This document shows, in pieces, positions 50,210 through 60,129 of a DNA stretch of 64,000 bases. The notes beneath the pieces are model-generated. The model did not search any database, had not been told where the DNA came from, and was given only the letters and a program-made list of their open reading frames with translations. The translations under genes and the position numbers were made by a program. Numbering within the stretch: the stretch's first letter is position 1; each line of letters starts with the position of its first letter. The stretch lies in the NCBI GenBank assembly GCA_963739455.1, contig CAVUAK010000003.1:128001-192000 (forward strand), read 5' to 3'. The DNA is from an uncultured Gemmatimonadales bacterium (lineage in GTDB: Bacteria; Gemmatimonadota; Gemmatimonadetes; Gemmatimonadales; GWC2-71-9).

Positions 50210-50838
50210 TACGCTGTTTCCTCCAGCCTCCGCATCACTTCAAGATGTCTCTCGAGCTTCAGCTTCTGGCTGGCGCGATTCGCGATCAGGGTCGCGGTGA
50301 CCGCCAGGATCGTTTCGTGCTCGACCAGTCCGTTGGCGCGAAGCGTACTCCCCGTATCCACCAGGTCCACGATCCAGTGTGACAGCCCCAGCAGTGGCGC
50401 CACCTCGACCGATCCGCCCACCTCGATGATCTCCACCGCCCGGCCGAGTGCGGCGAAGTAGGCGCGCGCGAGGCGAGGATACTTGGTGGCGACGCGCGGC
50501 GTGATACCCCCCGGCAACGACGGATAGGGCACTGCGGCGGGCGCGGCGACCACCAGGCGGCACTGTCCGAAGTCGAGCTCCAGGGGCTCGAGCACGTCGG
50601 GGTTCGCCTCGCGCAGCACATCGGTGCCGGTGATTCCCAGGTCCGCAGCGCCCGACTCGACGTAGATGGGCACGTCACCCGGTTTCACCTCGAGGAACTC
50701 GATGCCCGGTTCCACCGACGGGACCAGCAGGCGACGACCCTTGTCGCTGGCCGGAGCCATGCCGGCCCGGGTGAAGCGCGCGATCGCTGCGTCCCAGAGG
50801 CGGCCCTTGGCGAGGGCAATGCGCAGCGGCGCACTCAC
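50209..50838 (-). CDS. hisG: ATP phosphoribosyltransferase, short form
   Basis: IALAKGRL, DVPIYVE.G.ADLGI.G.DVL.E, RVATKYP, GSVEVAP, IVDLVDTG.TLRANGL; 209 aa. Confidence 0.95.
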   Translation of the reverse strand: MSAPLRIALAKGRLWDAAIARFTRAGMAPASDKGRRLLVPSVEPGIEFLEVKPGDVPIYVESGAADLGITGTDVLREANPDVLEPLELDFGQCRLVVAAPAAVPYPSLPGGITPRVATKYPRLARAYFAALGRAVEIIEVGGSVEVAPLLGLSHWIVDLVDTGSTLRANGLVEHETILAVTATLIANRASQKLKLERHLEVMRRLEETA

Positions 50839-51806
50839 AGCACAAGCTCCGCGATGGCGTCGAGGTCGAGCGACAGGCCGACGGCGGGCATCGGGTGCCC
50901 GAAGCGTCCCATGAGGCCGTCGTACCGGCCGCCCGCCCCCGCGGCCCGCCCCGCCCCCGCCACGAACAGCTCGAACTGCAGGCCGGTGTAGTAGTCGAGG
51001 CCCCGCACCTCGCCCAGGTCGTAGACGACATGCGCCCGCTCCGCGGCGGTGAGGGCCGCATCCAGCGCCAGGAGGTGATCGAGTGCCGGCTGCGCGGCGG
51101 CGCTCGCACTCCCGCGCGCCGTTTCCAGGGCCGCGCGACGGCCCATGACGAACGGCAGCGTGAGGAGGGAGCGCGCATCGCCGTCGAGCGGCGTGAGGGC
51201 GCGGACCAGGCTGCCGCGGTCCTTGCGGTCGATCCAGCGCCGGGCATCAGTCCGGAGCGCCTCGGGGAGCGACGCGAGGGCGGGCGCCAGCGCACCAATG
51301 TGACCCACGTTCAGCTGGAAGTCGCGCAGCCCCACCGCAGCGGCGAGGCGCAGCACCAGGCGGATGAGCTCGAGGTCGGCGGCAAGCCCTGCAGCGCCGA
51401 GCAGTTCCGCGCCCACCTGGAGGATCTCGCGCGGGCGCGCCCCGCGGTCGGGCTCCTGGCGGTACACCTTCCCGGAGTAGCAGAGGCGGAGCGGCAGCGG
51501 CCGGTCGGCAAAGGCGGTGGCCGCCACGCGTGCCACGCTGGCGGTGAAATCGTATCGGAGTGCGAGGGCCCGGCCGTCGAGGTCGAGGAAGCGGATGAGG
51601 CGCTCGATCACTGTGGGTCCGCCGGCGCGCACGAAGATCTCCTCGTACTCGAAAGTGGGCGGGCTCACCTCCTCGAACCCCGCCTCCTCGAGCACCGTGA
51701 GCGTCGCCCGCTGGAGCGCGCGCCGACGCCGCACGGCTTCACCGGTGAGGTCGAGCGCGCCAGGGGGCACGAGGGCAATCGCCGAGCGTGGCAGCGGGCC
51801 GCTCAT
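50835..51806 (-). CDS. hisZ: ATP phosphoribosyltransferase regulatory subunit
   Basis: LRYDFTASVAR, RLCYSG.V.R, QVGAEL, LDYYTG, GGRYD.L...FG..PAVG; adjacent to short hisG and lacks the anticodon domain. Confidence 0.92.
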   Translation of the reverse strand: MSGPLPRSAIALVPPGALDLTGEAVRRRRALQRATLTVLEEAGFEEVSPPTFEYEEIFVRAGGPTVIERLIRFLDLDGRALALRYDFTASVARVAATAFADRPLPLRLCYSGKVYRQEPDRGARPREILQVGAELLGAAGLAADLELIRLVLRLAAAVGLRDFQLNVGHIGALAPALASLPEALRTDARRWIDRKDRGSLVRALTPLDGDARSLLTLPFVMGRRAALETARGSASAAAQPALDHLLALDAALTAAERAHVVYDLGEVRGLDYYTGLQFELFVAGAGRAAGAGGRYDGLMGRFGHPMPAVGLSLDLDAIAELVL

Positions 51807-53134
51807 CGTTCGGCACTTCCCTCGTCGGCCGGCTTCGATCGCCCGACGACGCGCACCCGTTCGACCCGGCGCCCCGCCATCGAACGGATCTCGAAGTCGA
51901 AGCCGCCCACCTGCACCAGGTCGCCGGGCTTGGGCAGGCGGCCGAGCTGGCCGAACAGCAGGCCACCCACCGTCGTGTAGCTGGTGTCGTCGAGCGTCGC
52001 GTCGTACTCGGTGTTGAACTGGCTGATCGTCGTCGAACCGTCGATCACCGTGCCACCCTCGTCAGTCGGCAGGTGATCGGGCCGGTCGTACTCATCGAAG
52101 ATCGGTCCCACGATCTCCTCGAGCAGGTCTTCCATGGTGACGAGACCTGCCGTGCCGCCATACTCGTCGAGCACCACCGCGAGGTGGACCTTGAGCTTCT
52201 TCATGTCGGCCAGCACATCCTCGACTTCGCGGGTGCCGGGCACGAACAGGGGCGGGCGCATGATGGTGCGCACGACGGCACCGGGCGCCTGCCGGAGCGC
52301 GGACAGGATGTCCTTGGCGTGAACCACGCCGACGATGTCATCCAGGCTCTCAGTGAACACGGGATACCGCGAGCGGCGCGCTTCCGCCACCCGGTCGGCC
52401 GCTTCTCCCACCGGCAGGTCGGCATCGAGCGCCACCATTTCCGTCCGCGGCGTCATCACCTCTTCAGCGGTCTTCTCGGTGAACTCGAACACGCCCTCGA
52501 GCAGCCGGGCATCCTGCTTCTGCAGGGAACCGAACTCCTGGCTCTGTTCCACCAGCAGCCGGATCTCCTCGGGCGAGTGCAGGCGGTCATGCTCGCCGGT
52601 GCGCTCGATCTTGAAGAGGCGCAGGATCGCGTTCGCGGTGCTGTTGAGGATCCAGATGGGCAATGCCATGACCCACGCGAAGGCCATCAGCGGTGCCGCC
52701 ACCCACCCGCTTACTTCTTCGGGGTACAGGAGCGCGAAGGTCTTGGGCACGAGCTCGCCCAGGATGATGTGGAGTACGGTGATGATGGTGAACGCAATCG
52801 CGACCGCGAGCGTGTGGGTCGCGATCGTGGCCATGGTGGCAGGAAGCCAGCGGAACCCCGCCTCGATCAGGTGGGCCAGCGCCGGTTCACCCACCCAGCC
52901 CAGGCCCAGGGATGCGAGTGTAATCCCCAGCTGGGTGGCCGAGATGTACCGGTCGAGCGATTGAACCGCGCGCCGGGCAAGCCTAGCTTTGCCGTCGCCA
53001 GCCCGGCCCATCTCCTCGAGCCGCGTGCGGCGAGCGCCCACAAGGGCGAACTCCGCCGCGACGAAGAACGCGTTGGCGAGGACAAGCAGCAGGACAGCGA
53101 ACAGTCCGGCCGCGAACGGCTGGTCGGGTTGCAT
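51803..53134 (-). CDS. Hemolysin/CNNM (DUF21-CBS-CorC) family transporter
   Basis: NAFFVAAEFALV, QLGIT.ASL.LGW.GE, GELVPK, VMTPR, SRYPV, DEYGGTAGLVT.EDLLEEIVG.I.DE.D. Confidence 0.93.
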   Translation of the reverse strand: MQPDQPFAAGLFAVLLLVLANAFFVAAEFALVGARRTRLEEMGRAGDGKARLARRAVQSLDRYISATQLGITLASLGLGWVGEPALAHLIEAGFRWLPATMATIATHTLAVAIAFTIITVLHIILGELVPKTFALLYPEEVSGWVAAPLMAFAWVMALPIWILNSTANAILRLFKIERTGEHDRLHSPEEIRLLVEQSQEFGSLQKQDARLLEGVFEFTEKTAEEVMTPRTEMVALDADLPVGEAADRVAEARRSRYPVFTESLDDIVGVVHAKDILSALRQAPGAVVRTIMRPPLFVPGTREVEDVLADMKKLKVHLAVVLDEYGGTAGLVTMEDLLEEIVGPIFDEYDRPDHLPTDEGGTVIDGSTTISQFNTEYDATLDDTSYTTVGGLLFGQLGRLPKPGDLVQVGGFDFEIRSMAGRRVERVRVVGRSKPADEGSAER

Positions 53135-53174
53135 CCCGGCAACTGTAACCACTTCCCGGAAGGCCCGCGAGTCG

Positions 53175-54506
53175 ATGATCCGCCGTCTCGTCGTTCCGCC
53201 GCTGGAGGGGCTTCGGCCCTTCCTGCCGCAACAGGGTCCTGCGGACACGGCGACGCGGCAGACGGTTGCGCGCATCCTTCAGCGAGTCGCCACCGAGGGC
53301 GACCGCGCGGTGCAGGCGCTCACCCGGGAACTCGATGGCCTCGACCTGTCCCCCACGGCTTGGGAAGTGCCGCGGGCAGAATGGGTTGCGGCACTGGGCC
53401 GACTGCCCGCACCGCTCCGGGCGGCGCTCGAGCTGGCGGTGCGTCGCGTGCGCAGCTATCACGAGCGGCAGCGCGATCCGGGGTTCGCCGTCACCGAGCC
53501 CGACGGGACGATCCTCGGCATGAAGGTGACGCCGCTCGATCGCGTGGGACTCTACGTGCCAGGTGGAAAGGCATCGTATCCGTCCTCCGTCATCATGAAC
53601 GCCGTGCCCGCCGTCGTCGCCGGCGTCCGCGACATTGTCGCGGTTACGCCTCCCGGCGGCTTCCTCACCGACGCTGTCCTTGCCGCCTGTCACCTTGCCG
53701 GGGTCACGCAGCTATTCCGCATTGGCGGTGCACAGGCCGTGGCGGCGCTGGCATACGGTACGGAGACCATACCGCGCGTGGACAAGATCGTGGGCCCTGG
53801 AAGCCGCTGGGTGGCCGAGGCGAAGCGGCAGGTCATCGGGATGGTGGGCATCGACTCGATCGCCGGACCCACAGAACTGCTGGTGATCGCCGATGACTCG
53901 ACTGATGCACTGCGGGTGGCCACCGACCTCATCGCACAGGCCGAGCACGACGAGGATGCCTCGGCCTGGTGCGTCACGACATCGGCCGCACTGGCCGATG
54001 CGCTCCCGGCTGCCCTCGAGGCAGTGCTGTCCCTTGCCCCGCGCGAGGCTATCGCGCGCGCCTCGCTCGAGCGCAATGGCATGGTGATCCTGGTGCCTGC
54101 CATCGACGATGCCATCCGCGTGGCCAACCTGCGCGCACCGGAGCACCTGGAAATCCTCGCTCGCGACGCCGGCACGGTGGCCGCAGGTATCCGCCACGCC
54201 GGCGCCATCTTCATCGGGCGCTTCACTCCCGAGCCGGTGGGAGACTACATCGCCGGCCCGAGTCACGTCCTGCCCACCAGCGGCACGGCGCGCTATGCCT
54301 CCCCGCTCGGCGTGTACGACTTCATCAAGCGCACGAGCGTCATCCAGTACAGCGCAGCCCGGCTCGCGGAAGACGCGCCGCACATCATCGCGCTCGCGGA
54401 GGCGGAGCAGCTGGCGGGGCACGCGGAAGCGGTGCGGCTGGCGGCGGGAAGTCAGGCGGCGGGAAGTCAGGCGGCAGGAAGTCAGGGGGACGGGTTCACA
54501 GAATGA
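53175..54506 (+). CDS. hisD: Histidinol dehydrogenase
   Basis: VGLYVPGG.A.YPSSV.MN, GGAQAVAALAYGT, IDSIAGPTE, AQAEHD, APEHLE, GDYIAGPSHVLPT. Confidence 0.97.
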   Translation: MIRRLVVPPLEGLRPFLPQQGPADTATRQTVARILQRVATEGDRAVQALTRELDGLDLSPTAWEVPRAEWVAALGRLPAPLRAALELAVRRVRSYHERQRDPGFAVTEPDGTILGMKVTPLDRVGLYVPGGKASYPSSVIMNAVPAVVAGVRDIVAVTPPGGFLTDAVLAACHLAGVTQLFRIGGAQAVAALAYGTETIPRVDKIVGPGSRWVAEAKRQVIGMVGIDSIAGPTELLVIADDSTDALRVATDLIAQAEHDEDASAWCVTTSAALADALPAALEAVLSLAPREAIARASLERNGMVILVPAIDDAIRVANLRAPEHLEILARDAGTVAAGIRHAGAIFIGRFTPEPVGDYIAGPSHVLPTSGTARYASPLGVYDFIKRTSVIQYSAARLAEDAPHIIALAEAEQLAGHAEAVRLAAGSQAAGSQAAGSQGDGFTE

Positions 54507-54550
54507 CAGCCAACGACTCGGATCAGCCTGCCGCCTCACCTCCTGCCGCC
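54441..54550. repeat. 15-mer array (GCGGCRGGAAGTCAG)x3 with a degenerate inverted partner
   Basis: 54441-54485 encodes (AAGSQ)x3 at the HisD C-terminus; the partner CCTGCCGCCTCACCTCCTGCCGCC (54527-54550) lies in the CDF gene 5' end. Confidence 0.8.
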
Positions 54551-55459
54551 AATCGCCTCAAGCAGGTGCTCCTGCTCACGGCTGGTTTCATGGTCGTCGA
54601 GGCCATCGGTGGCTGGGTCAGCGGCTCCCTCGCGCTCGTGGCCGATGCCGGGCACATGCTCACCGACGTGGGCGCACTGGCACTGGCGCTCGTATCGGCC
54701 CGGATGGCGCAGCGCCCCGCCGATCATCGGCGCACGTACGGCTACCTTCGCCTCGAGATCCTTGCCGCGCTGGTGAATGGTGTCGTCCTCGCTGCGCTCT
54801 CGGCCTGGATCATCTTCGAGGCAATACGCCGGTTCCGGTCGCCCCACGCCATCGAGGGCCTGCTCTTCGCGGGCGTGGCGCTTGCGGGTCTCGTGGTAAA
54901 CCTGGTGGCGTTGCGCCTGCTCAAGCACGACTCCCACGGGAGCCTCAATACCCGGGCCGCCTACCTGCACGTCATGGGCGACCTGCTCGGCTCGGTCGGT
55001 GCGCTGCTGGCGGCGCTGATCGTCATCCTCACCGGCTGGACCCTCGCAGACCCGATCGTGTCGGTGCTGATCTCGCTGCTCATCATCGCCGGCAGCTGGC
55101 GGTTGCTGCGGGAAAGCGTGGAGATCCTGCTCGAGGCGGCCCCGTCACATATCCCGTTGCAGGAGGTGGAGCGGCGGATGCGCGGCGTGGAAGGCGTCAT
55201 TGCCGTGCACGACCTGCATGTGTGGACGCTGACGAGCGGGGTGGTGGCCATGAGCGGGCACGTCGTCGTCCCCGATCTCGCCTCGCATCCCCGCGTGCTC
55301 GCGGCGGTGCAGCGGGAGGTCCGGGACATCGGGATCGGGCACGTCACCATCCAGGTGGAGTGCCTCGACCAGTGCATGCCGGACGCGGAGGGACCCCTCG
55401 CCCGGGGAAAGGGCGGCGCGGGCGGGGCCCATGCCCACGGACACCCCCATTCGCACTAG
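54503..55459 (+). CDS. Cation diffusion facilitator (CzcD/ZitB-like)
   Basis: SLALVADAGHMLTD, TYGY.R.EILAA..N, AYLHV.GDLLGS, VHDLHVW, His-rich C-terminus. Confidence 0.93.
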   Translation: MTANDSDQPAASPPAANRLKQVLLLTAGFMVVEAIGGWVSGSLALVADAGHMLTDVGALALALVSARMAQRPADHRRTYGYLRLEILAALVNGVVLAALSAWIIFEAIRRFRSPHAIEGLLFAGVALAGLVVNLVALRLLKHDSHGSLNTRAAYLHVMGDLLGSVGALLAALIVILTGWTLADPIVSVLISLLIIAGSWRLLRESVEILLEAAPSHIPLQEVERRMRGVEGVIAVHDLHVWTLTSGVVAMSGHVVVPDLASHPRVLAAVQREVRDIGIGHVTIQVECLDQCMPDAEGPLARGKGGAGGAHAHGHPHSH

Positions 55460-55600
55460 TCTGGAAGTCGGTGCGGGAGCGGCACTTCCGGAGGGGTCGG
55501 GCGGTCTCTTGCGGTGCCGACCGTCGCAGTCTATATATGCGCCGCTCAGGCCCCGTCCGGGGTCACAACGTTGGTGAATTCGCAGGGGAAGCGGCACACA

Positions 55601-57449
55601 GTGATTCGTAACATTGCAATCATCGCGCACGTCGACCACGGCAAGACCACCATGGTCGACCAGATGCTCCGGCAGGCCGGGGCGTTTCGCGCGAACCAGC
55701 ACGTCGAAGAGCGCGTCATGGACTCGAATCCGCTCGAAAAGGAGCGGGGCATCACCATCCTGGCGAAGAACACGTCGGTCAACTGGCATGGCACGAAGAT
55801 CAACATCGTGGACACGCCGGGACACGCCGACTTCGGTGGTGAGGTCGAGCGCATCCTGCGCATGGTCGACGGCTTCGTGCTGCTGGTGGACGCCGCCGAA
55901 GGCCCGATGCCGCAGACGCGGTTCGTCACCCGGAAGGCGCTGGCACTGGGGCTCAAGCCGATCGTGGCGATCAACAAGATCGACCGCTCCGATGCCGAGC
56001 CGCTGCGGGTGCACGACGAGGTGCTGGGCCTGTTCATCGACCTCGAGGCGACGCACGAGCAGCTCGACGCGCCGTTCCTCTACACCTCGAGCCGCGCCGG
56101 CACCGCCACGCCCGAGCTCGATCATCCCGGCACGGACCTGTCGCCGCTGTTCCAGGCGGTCATCGACAACATCGCGGCGCCCACCGGCGACCCCGAGGGC
56201 CCGTTCCAGATGCTCGTGTCCACGCTCGACTTCTCGACGTTCCTCGGTCGCATCGCGATCGGTCGCATCGAGCGCGGCCGGGTGCGTGTCGGCGACCAGG
56301 TGTCCCTGCTGCCCATGGGCGAGCCGGGAATGGTGGTGGATGAGCCGATGGAGAACGGCCGAGTCACCAAGCTGTACACCTTCGACGGTCTCGCCCGCGT
56401 CGACGTGCAGGAAGCGAGCGCCGGCGATATCGTCTGCCTGGCCGGCTTCGAGACCATCGAAATCGGCAAGACGTTCACCTCCATCGAGCATGCCCGAGCG
56501 GCTGCTCGGCATCGCGGTGGAAGAGCCGACGATCTCGGTCGACTTCATCGTGAACAACGGGCCGTTCGCCGGGCGCGACGGCAAGTACGTCACCAGCCGC
56601 CAGCTGCGCGACCGGCTCTACAAGGAGCTCGAGCGCAACGTGGCGCTGCGGGTCGAGCCGACGGACACGCCCGACACGCACTCCGTCTCGGGACGCGGCG
56701 AGCTGCACCTCGGCATCCTCATGGAGACGATGCGGCGCGAGGGCTACGAGTTCCAGGTGTCGCGTCCGCGGGTCATCACCCGCACCGGCGAGAACGGCGA
56801 GCGCCAGGAGCCGTATGAGGAGCTGATGATCGACGTCCCCGAGGAGTACATGGGCGTCGTGATGGAGCGGCTCGGGCCACGCCGTGCCGAGATGAAGGAA
56901 ATGAAGAACAACGGCACCGGCCTGGTGCGGCTCACGTTCAAGATCCCGGCGCGCGGCCTGTTCGGCTACCGCTCCGAGTTCCTGACCGACACCCGCGGCA
57001 ACGGGATCATCCACCACCGGTTCCTCGAGTACGGACCGTGGGCTGGCCCGCTGGCCGGCCGGAAGCGCGGGGTGCTGGTGGCCGACCGCGAGGGCGCCGT
57101 GGTGGCGTTCGCGCTGGGCAACCTGCAGGAGCGGGCCCAGATGTTCGTGGCGCCCACCGACCTGGTGTACGAGGGCATGATCGCGGGCGAGAACTCCCGC
57201 CCGGGCGACCTCGACGTTAATGTGACGAAGGAAAAGAAGCTCACGAACATGCGCGCGTCCGGATCCGACGATAACATCCTGCTGGAACCGCCGCGCCAGA
57301 TCACCCTCGAGTACGCGATGGAATACATCGAGGAGGACGAGCTGATCGAAGTAACCCCGAAGACGATCCGCCTGCGCAAGCGCGTCCTGCAGGTGAATGA
57401 TCGGAAGAAGGCTGCCAGGGCCGCCGCCCGGGTAGCGGACGCGTCGTGA
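55601..57449 (+). CDS. typA: Translational GTPase TypA/BipA; frameshift near 56492
   Basis: [36 protein letters not shown]; then, in the next frame, [37 protein letters not shown]. Confidence 0.95.
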
Positions 57450-57490
57450 CCCAGCGACTTTCACCCTCTCTACGGATGGCGGAGGCGATC

Positions 57491-57700
57491 ATGCCGGCCA
57501 GCGAGACGTCGTACGGAGCCCTGCAGATGCGGCGGAAGTTCGACGACGATGAGTTCGAGGAAGATACGTTCACCTTCGACGACGATGACGACGACGAGAA
57601 GGAGGACGATGAGGACGAGGACGAGGACGATGATCTCGAGAGCCTCGACGACGAGGAAGTCGAGGAGTTCGATGACTTCGACGAGGACGATGATCGCTGA
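57491..57700 (+). CDS. Small, extremely acidic protein
   Basis: GGAGG SD before ATG 57491 (alternative ATG 57527); C-terminal ~50 aa are mostly Asp/Glu with interspersed Phe/Leu. Confidence 0.65.
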   Translation: MPASETSYGALQMRRKFDDDEFEEDTFTFDDDDDDEKEDDEDEDEDDDLESLDDEEVEEFDDFDEDDDR

Positions 57701-57711
57701 CGCCTGAGGCG

Positions 57712-58662
57712 TCAGTCGTCGAATCGCTCCCGATCGTCCTTGTCCACCGGCCCGTCTTCGGCCGGCTCCGCGCGGCCGCCCTCCGACTCGAGGGCGGCCC
57801 GCGCTGCTTTCAGGGCCTCGCGCTTCGCATCGTCCAGCTCGGGATAGTGCAGCTTCAGGCCCTGCAGCGTGTCCACCGCCGCCGCCGCCACGATGAGGCG
57901 CGTCACCCACTTGTGGTCGGCCGGCACCACGTACCAGGGCGCGTGCGGCGTCGCCGTGTGGCGGATCATGTCCTCGTACGCCGTCCATGTACTCGTCCCA
58001 GTGGTCCCGCTCCTGCACATCGGCCGCGGAGAACTTCCAGTTCTTCTCCGGCTGGTCCAGCCGCTCCAGGAAGCGCTTCTTCTGCTCCTTCCGTGACACG
58101 TGCAGGAAGAACTTCCGCACGATGACGCCGTTGCGCGTGAGGTAGCGCTCGTAGCGCGTTGATGTCCTCGAAGCGCTCCTGCCAGATGTGCTTCGTGACG
58201 AGGCTGGGCGGGAGGTGCTGCCGGTCGAGCAGCTCGCGGTGCACCCGCACCACCAGCGTCTCCTCGTAGTAGGACCGGTTGAAGATGCCGATGCGGCCCC
58301 GCTCCGGCAGGCACCGGTTGGTGCGCCAGAGAAAGTCGTGGTCCAGTTCCTCGGCGGACGGCGCCTTGAAGGAGAAGACCTGGCACCCCTGCGGGTTGAT
58401 CGCCCGACATCACGTGCTTGATCGCGCTGTCCTTGCCCGCCGCATCCATCGCCTGGAAGATGAGCAGCACGCCGTAGCGGTCCTGCGCGTACAGCATGTC
58501 CTGCAGCTCGGCGAGCCGCTCGACGCCGCGCCGGAGGGTGTCCTGCGCGCGCTCCTTGTCCTTCACGCCGGCCCGGTCGCCGGTGTCGAAGTCCTTGAGG
58601 CGGAACTTGCTGCCGTCGATGACCCGGTAGGGCCGGGAGAGATCCGCGGCGATGTCTGCCAT
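57712..58662 (-). CDS. ppk2: Polyphosphate kinase 2 (class III-like); frameshifts near 58402, 58155 and 57983
   Basis: [18 protein letters not shown] (Walker A), IFNRSYYE (Walker B region), [38 protein letters not shown]. Confidence 0.9.
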   Translation of the reverse strand: MADIAADLSRPYRVIDGSKFRLKDFDTGDRAGVKDKERAQDTLRRGVERLAELQDMLYAQDRYGVLLIFQAMDAAGKDSAIKHVMSGDQPAGVPGLLLQGAVRRGTGPRLSLAHQPVPAGAGPHRHLQPVLLRGDAGGAGAPRAARPAAPPAQPRHEAHLAGALRGHQRATSATSRATASSCGSSSCTCHGRSRRSASWSGWTSRRRTGSSPRPMCRSGTTGTSTWTAYEDMIRHTATPHAPWYVVPADHKWVTRLIVAAAAVDTLQGLKLHYPELDDAKREALKAARAALESEGGRAEPAEDGPVDKDDRERFDD

Positions 58663-58691
58663 GGCGATGTCGTTGATGAGGGGAGGAAAGC

Positions 58692-59305
58692 TCAGGGCAC
58701 CGACGGCAGTGTCTTGACCAGCTGGCGGATGGCCTTCTGGATCCGGTCCGGCGTCGGGGCCTTGCCCGTCATGTTGTCCTGGTACACGCCGTGCCACGCG
58801 ACGTCGCCGGTCTTCCGGTCCGTCAGCTCCAGGACCACGCCCGCCTCTCGCTGGGTCAGCCCGGCGAACGCGGGGGCACCGCCGGTGGCGCTGTTGTTGT
58901 ATCCGTAGTCCCAGCCATTCCAGCACCCGCCGGAATTGCAGCTGGTCAGGGGCACCGGCACGTCGGGGCCCTGACTGACGACCGGCGACTCCGATTGCGT
59001 GGTCCTCACCCCGACGGCATAGCGCGCGAGGAACTGGGCCGTGGTCGAGTCGACCTTGCGGTACCCCTTGGCCGTCGAGTGCCGAATCGATGGCGACCTG
59101 GATGCGCATCTTGAGGCGCTGGTTCACGACGGTGTACCCCTGGGCGCCTGCTTCCGGCATGGCGAGTGCGCCGCCGCCCCAGGCGTAGGTGCCGGTGCCG
59201 GGCACCAGGGTGGGCGCCTTGGTGCTCGAAACCGAGGGACCGCACGCCTCGACTGAGGGCGAGCATCGCGGCGACCATCGCCTGCGCAGGCATGTCACGA
59301 ATCAT
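58692..59305 (-). CDS. DUF4136-like lipoprotein; frameshifted
   Basis: Fragments: ACG lipobox-like, TYAW, RI..AID..L..KGY, and C-terminal VVLEL.D.KTG.VAW.G ... [11 protein letters not shown]. Confidence 0.65.
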
Positions 59306-60088
59306 CGTCGCTCCGGGTGCTGGCGTTCGGCTGCGCGCTGGTAATCTGCAGGGACACGAGCCGGCCGATGAGGACGGCAGGATACAGCTGCCCGATCAGT
59401 CCTTCCATGGTGGCCAGCGATCGCCCGGCGGCATTCACGGGCACGATGTCCCCGTAGCCAATGGTGGTGAGCGTGGTCAGGCTGAAATACATCAACCCTG
59501 ACCGGACCGCGCCGGCATTGGCCGGCTCGTGCGGTGAAGCGGAACGCATCCGGGATCGACCTGCAGCAGGAGCCAGTACGCTTCACCGAAGATGATGCGC
59601 GAGCAGCAGGTAGACGGCGACCGCGCCCTGGAGTCGTGCCGTCGTTATCGGCGCCGCGACGGAAGACGTGCTGCAGCGTCAGCGCGGCCAGCCAGCCCAG
59701 CGCGATCGTCGACGAGCGCGGCCCGCAGCACGCCGGTGTGCGCGCCCGGCACCAGTGCGGTGTACCAGCCCAGCCCGATCGGGGCCGTCATGGCCAGCAG
59801 GCCCGCGATCCGGGCGCGCGCGGTGTCTGCGTCACGGTGAACACGCCGCTGATGCCAAGCACGCGAGAACCCGCCCGCGATCAACAGGCTCTCGCGTCCG
59901 CCGATGATCCCCACGCCCGAAAGCGGGATGGCCACGAAGAGCATCACGATCAGGAATACCAGCATGATCGTCAGGCTCAGGTCGGCTTCCCAGATGCCGC
60001 CCACCTTCTGTCGGACCTGCTCCGGCATCGAATGCATCAGTGGCTCCGGGACCGTGTCAGGGGAATGTACTGCGGGCGAACGCGCCAT
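59295..60088 (-). CDS. Potassium-channel (Ion_trans_2) family membrane protein; several frameshifts
   Basis: C-terminus YFSLTTLTTIGYGDIVP...E.LIGQLY.AVLIGRLVS; hydrophobic N-terminal fragments in other frames. Start is uncertain. Confidence 0.75.
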
Positions 60089-60129
60089 GGTGATCGGGGA
60101 CAGGGCGCGGGTATTATCCCACCCGCTGG

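Noticed and set aside
49998..50300. ORF with (PHPSPLT)n repeats
   Set aside because: It is a translation by-product of the heptamer array and overlaps two real genes.
51803..53134. Hemolysin toxin
   Set aside because: The DUF21-CBS-CorC architecture indicates a CNNM/CorC-type metal transporter; 'hemolysin' is a legacy family name.
42542..57449. Pseudogenes or programmed frameshifting in mfd, surA and typA
   Set aside because: These are conserved housekeeping genes with single indels, no slippery heptamers seen and otherwise intact motifs. Sequencing error is the simpler explanation.
57712..59298. 528-aa DUF4136-PPK2 fusion ORF
   Set aside because: It is an artefact: several frameshifts return to the same frame. 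The pieces belong to two separate genes.
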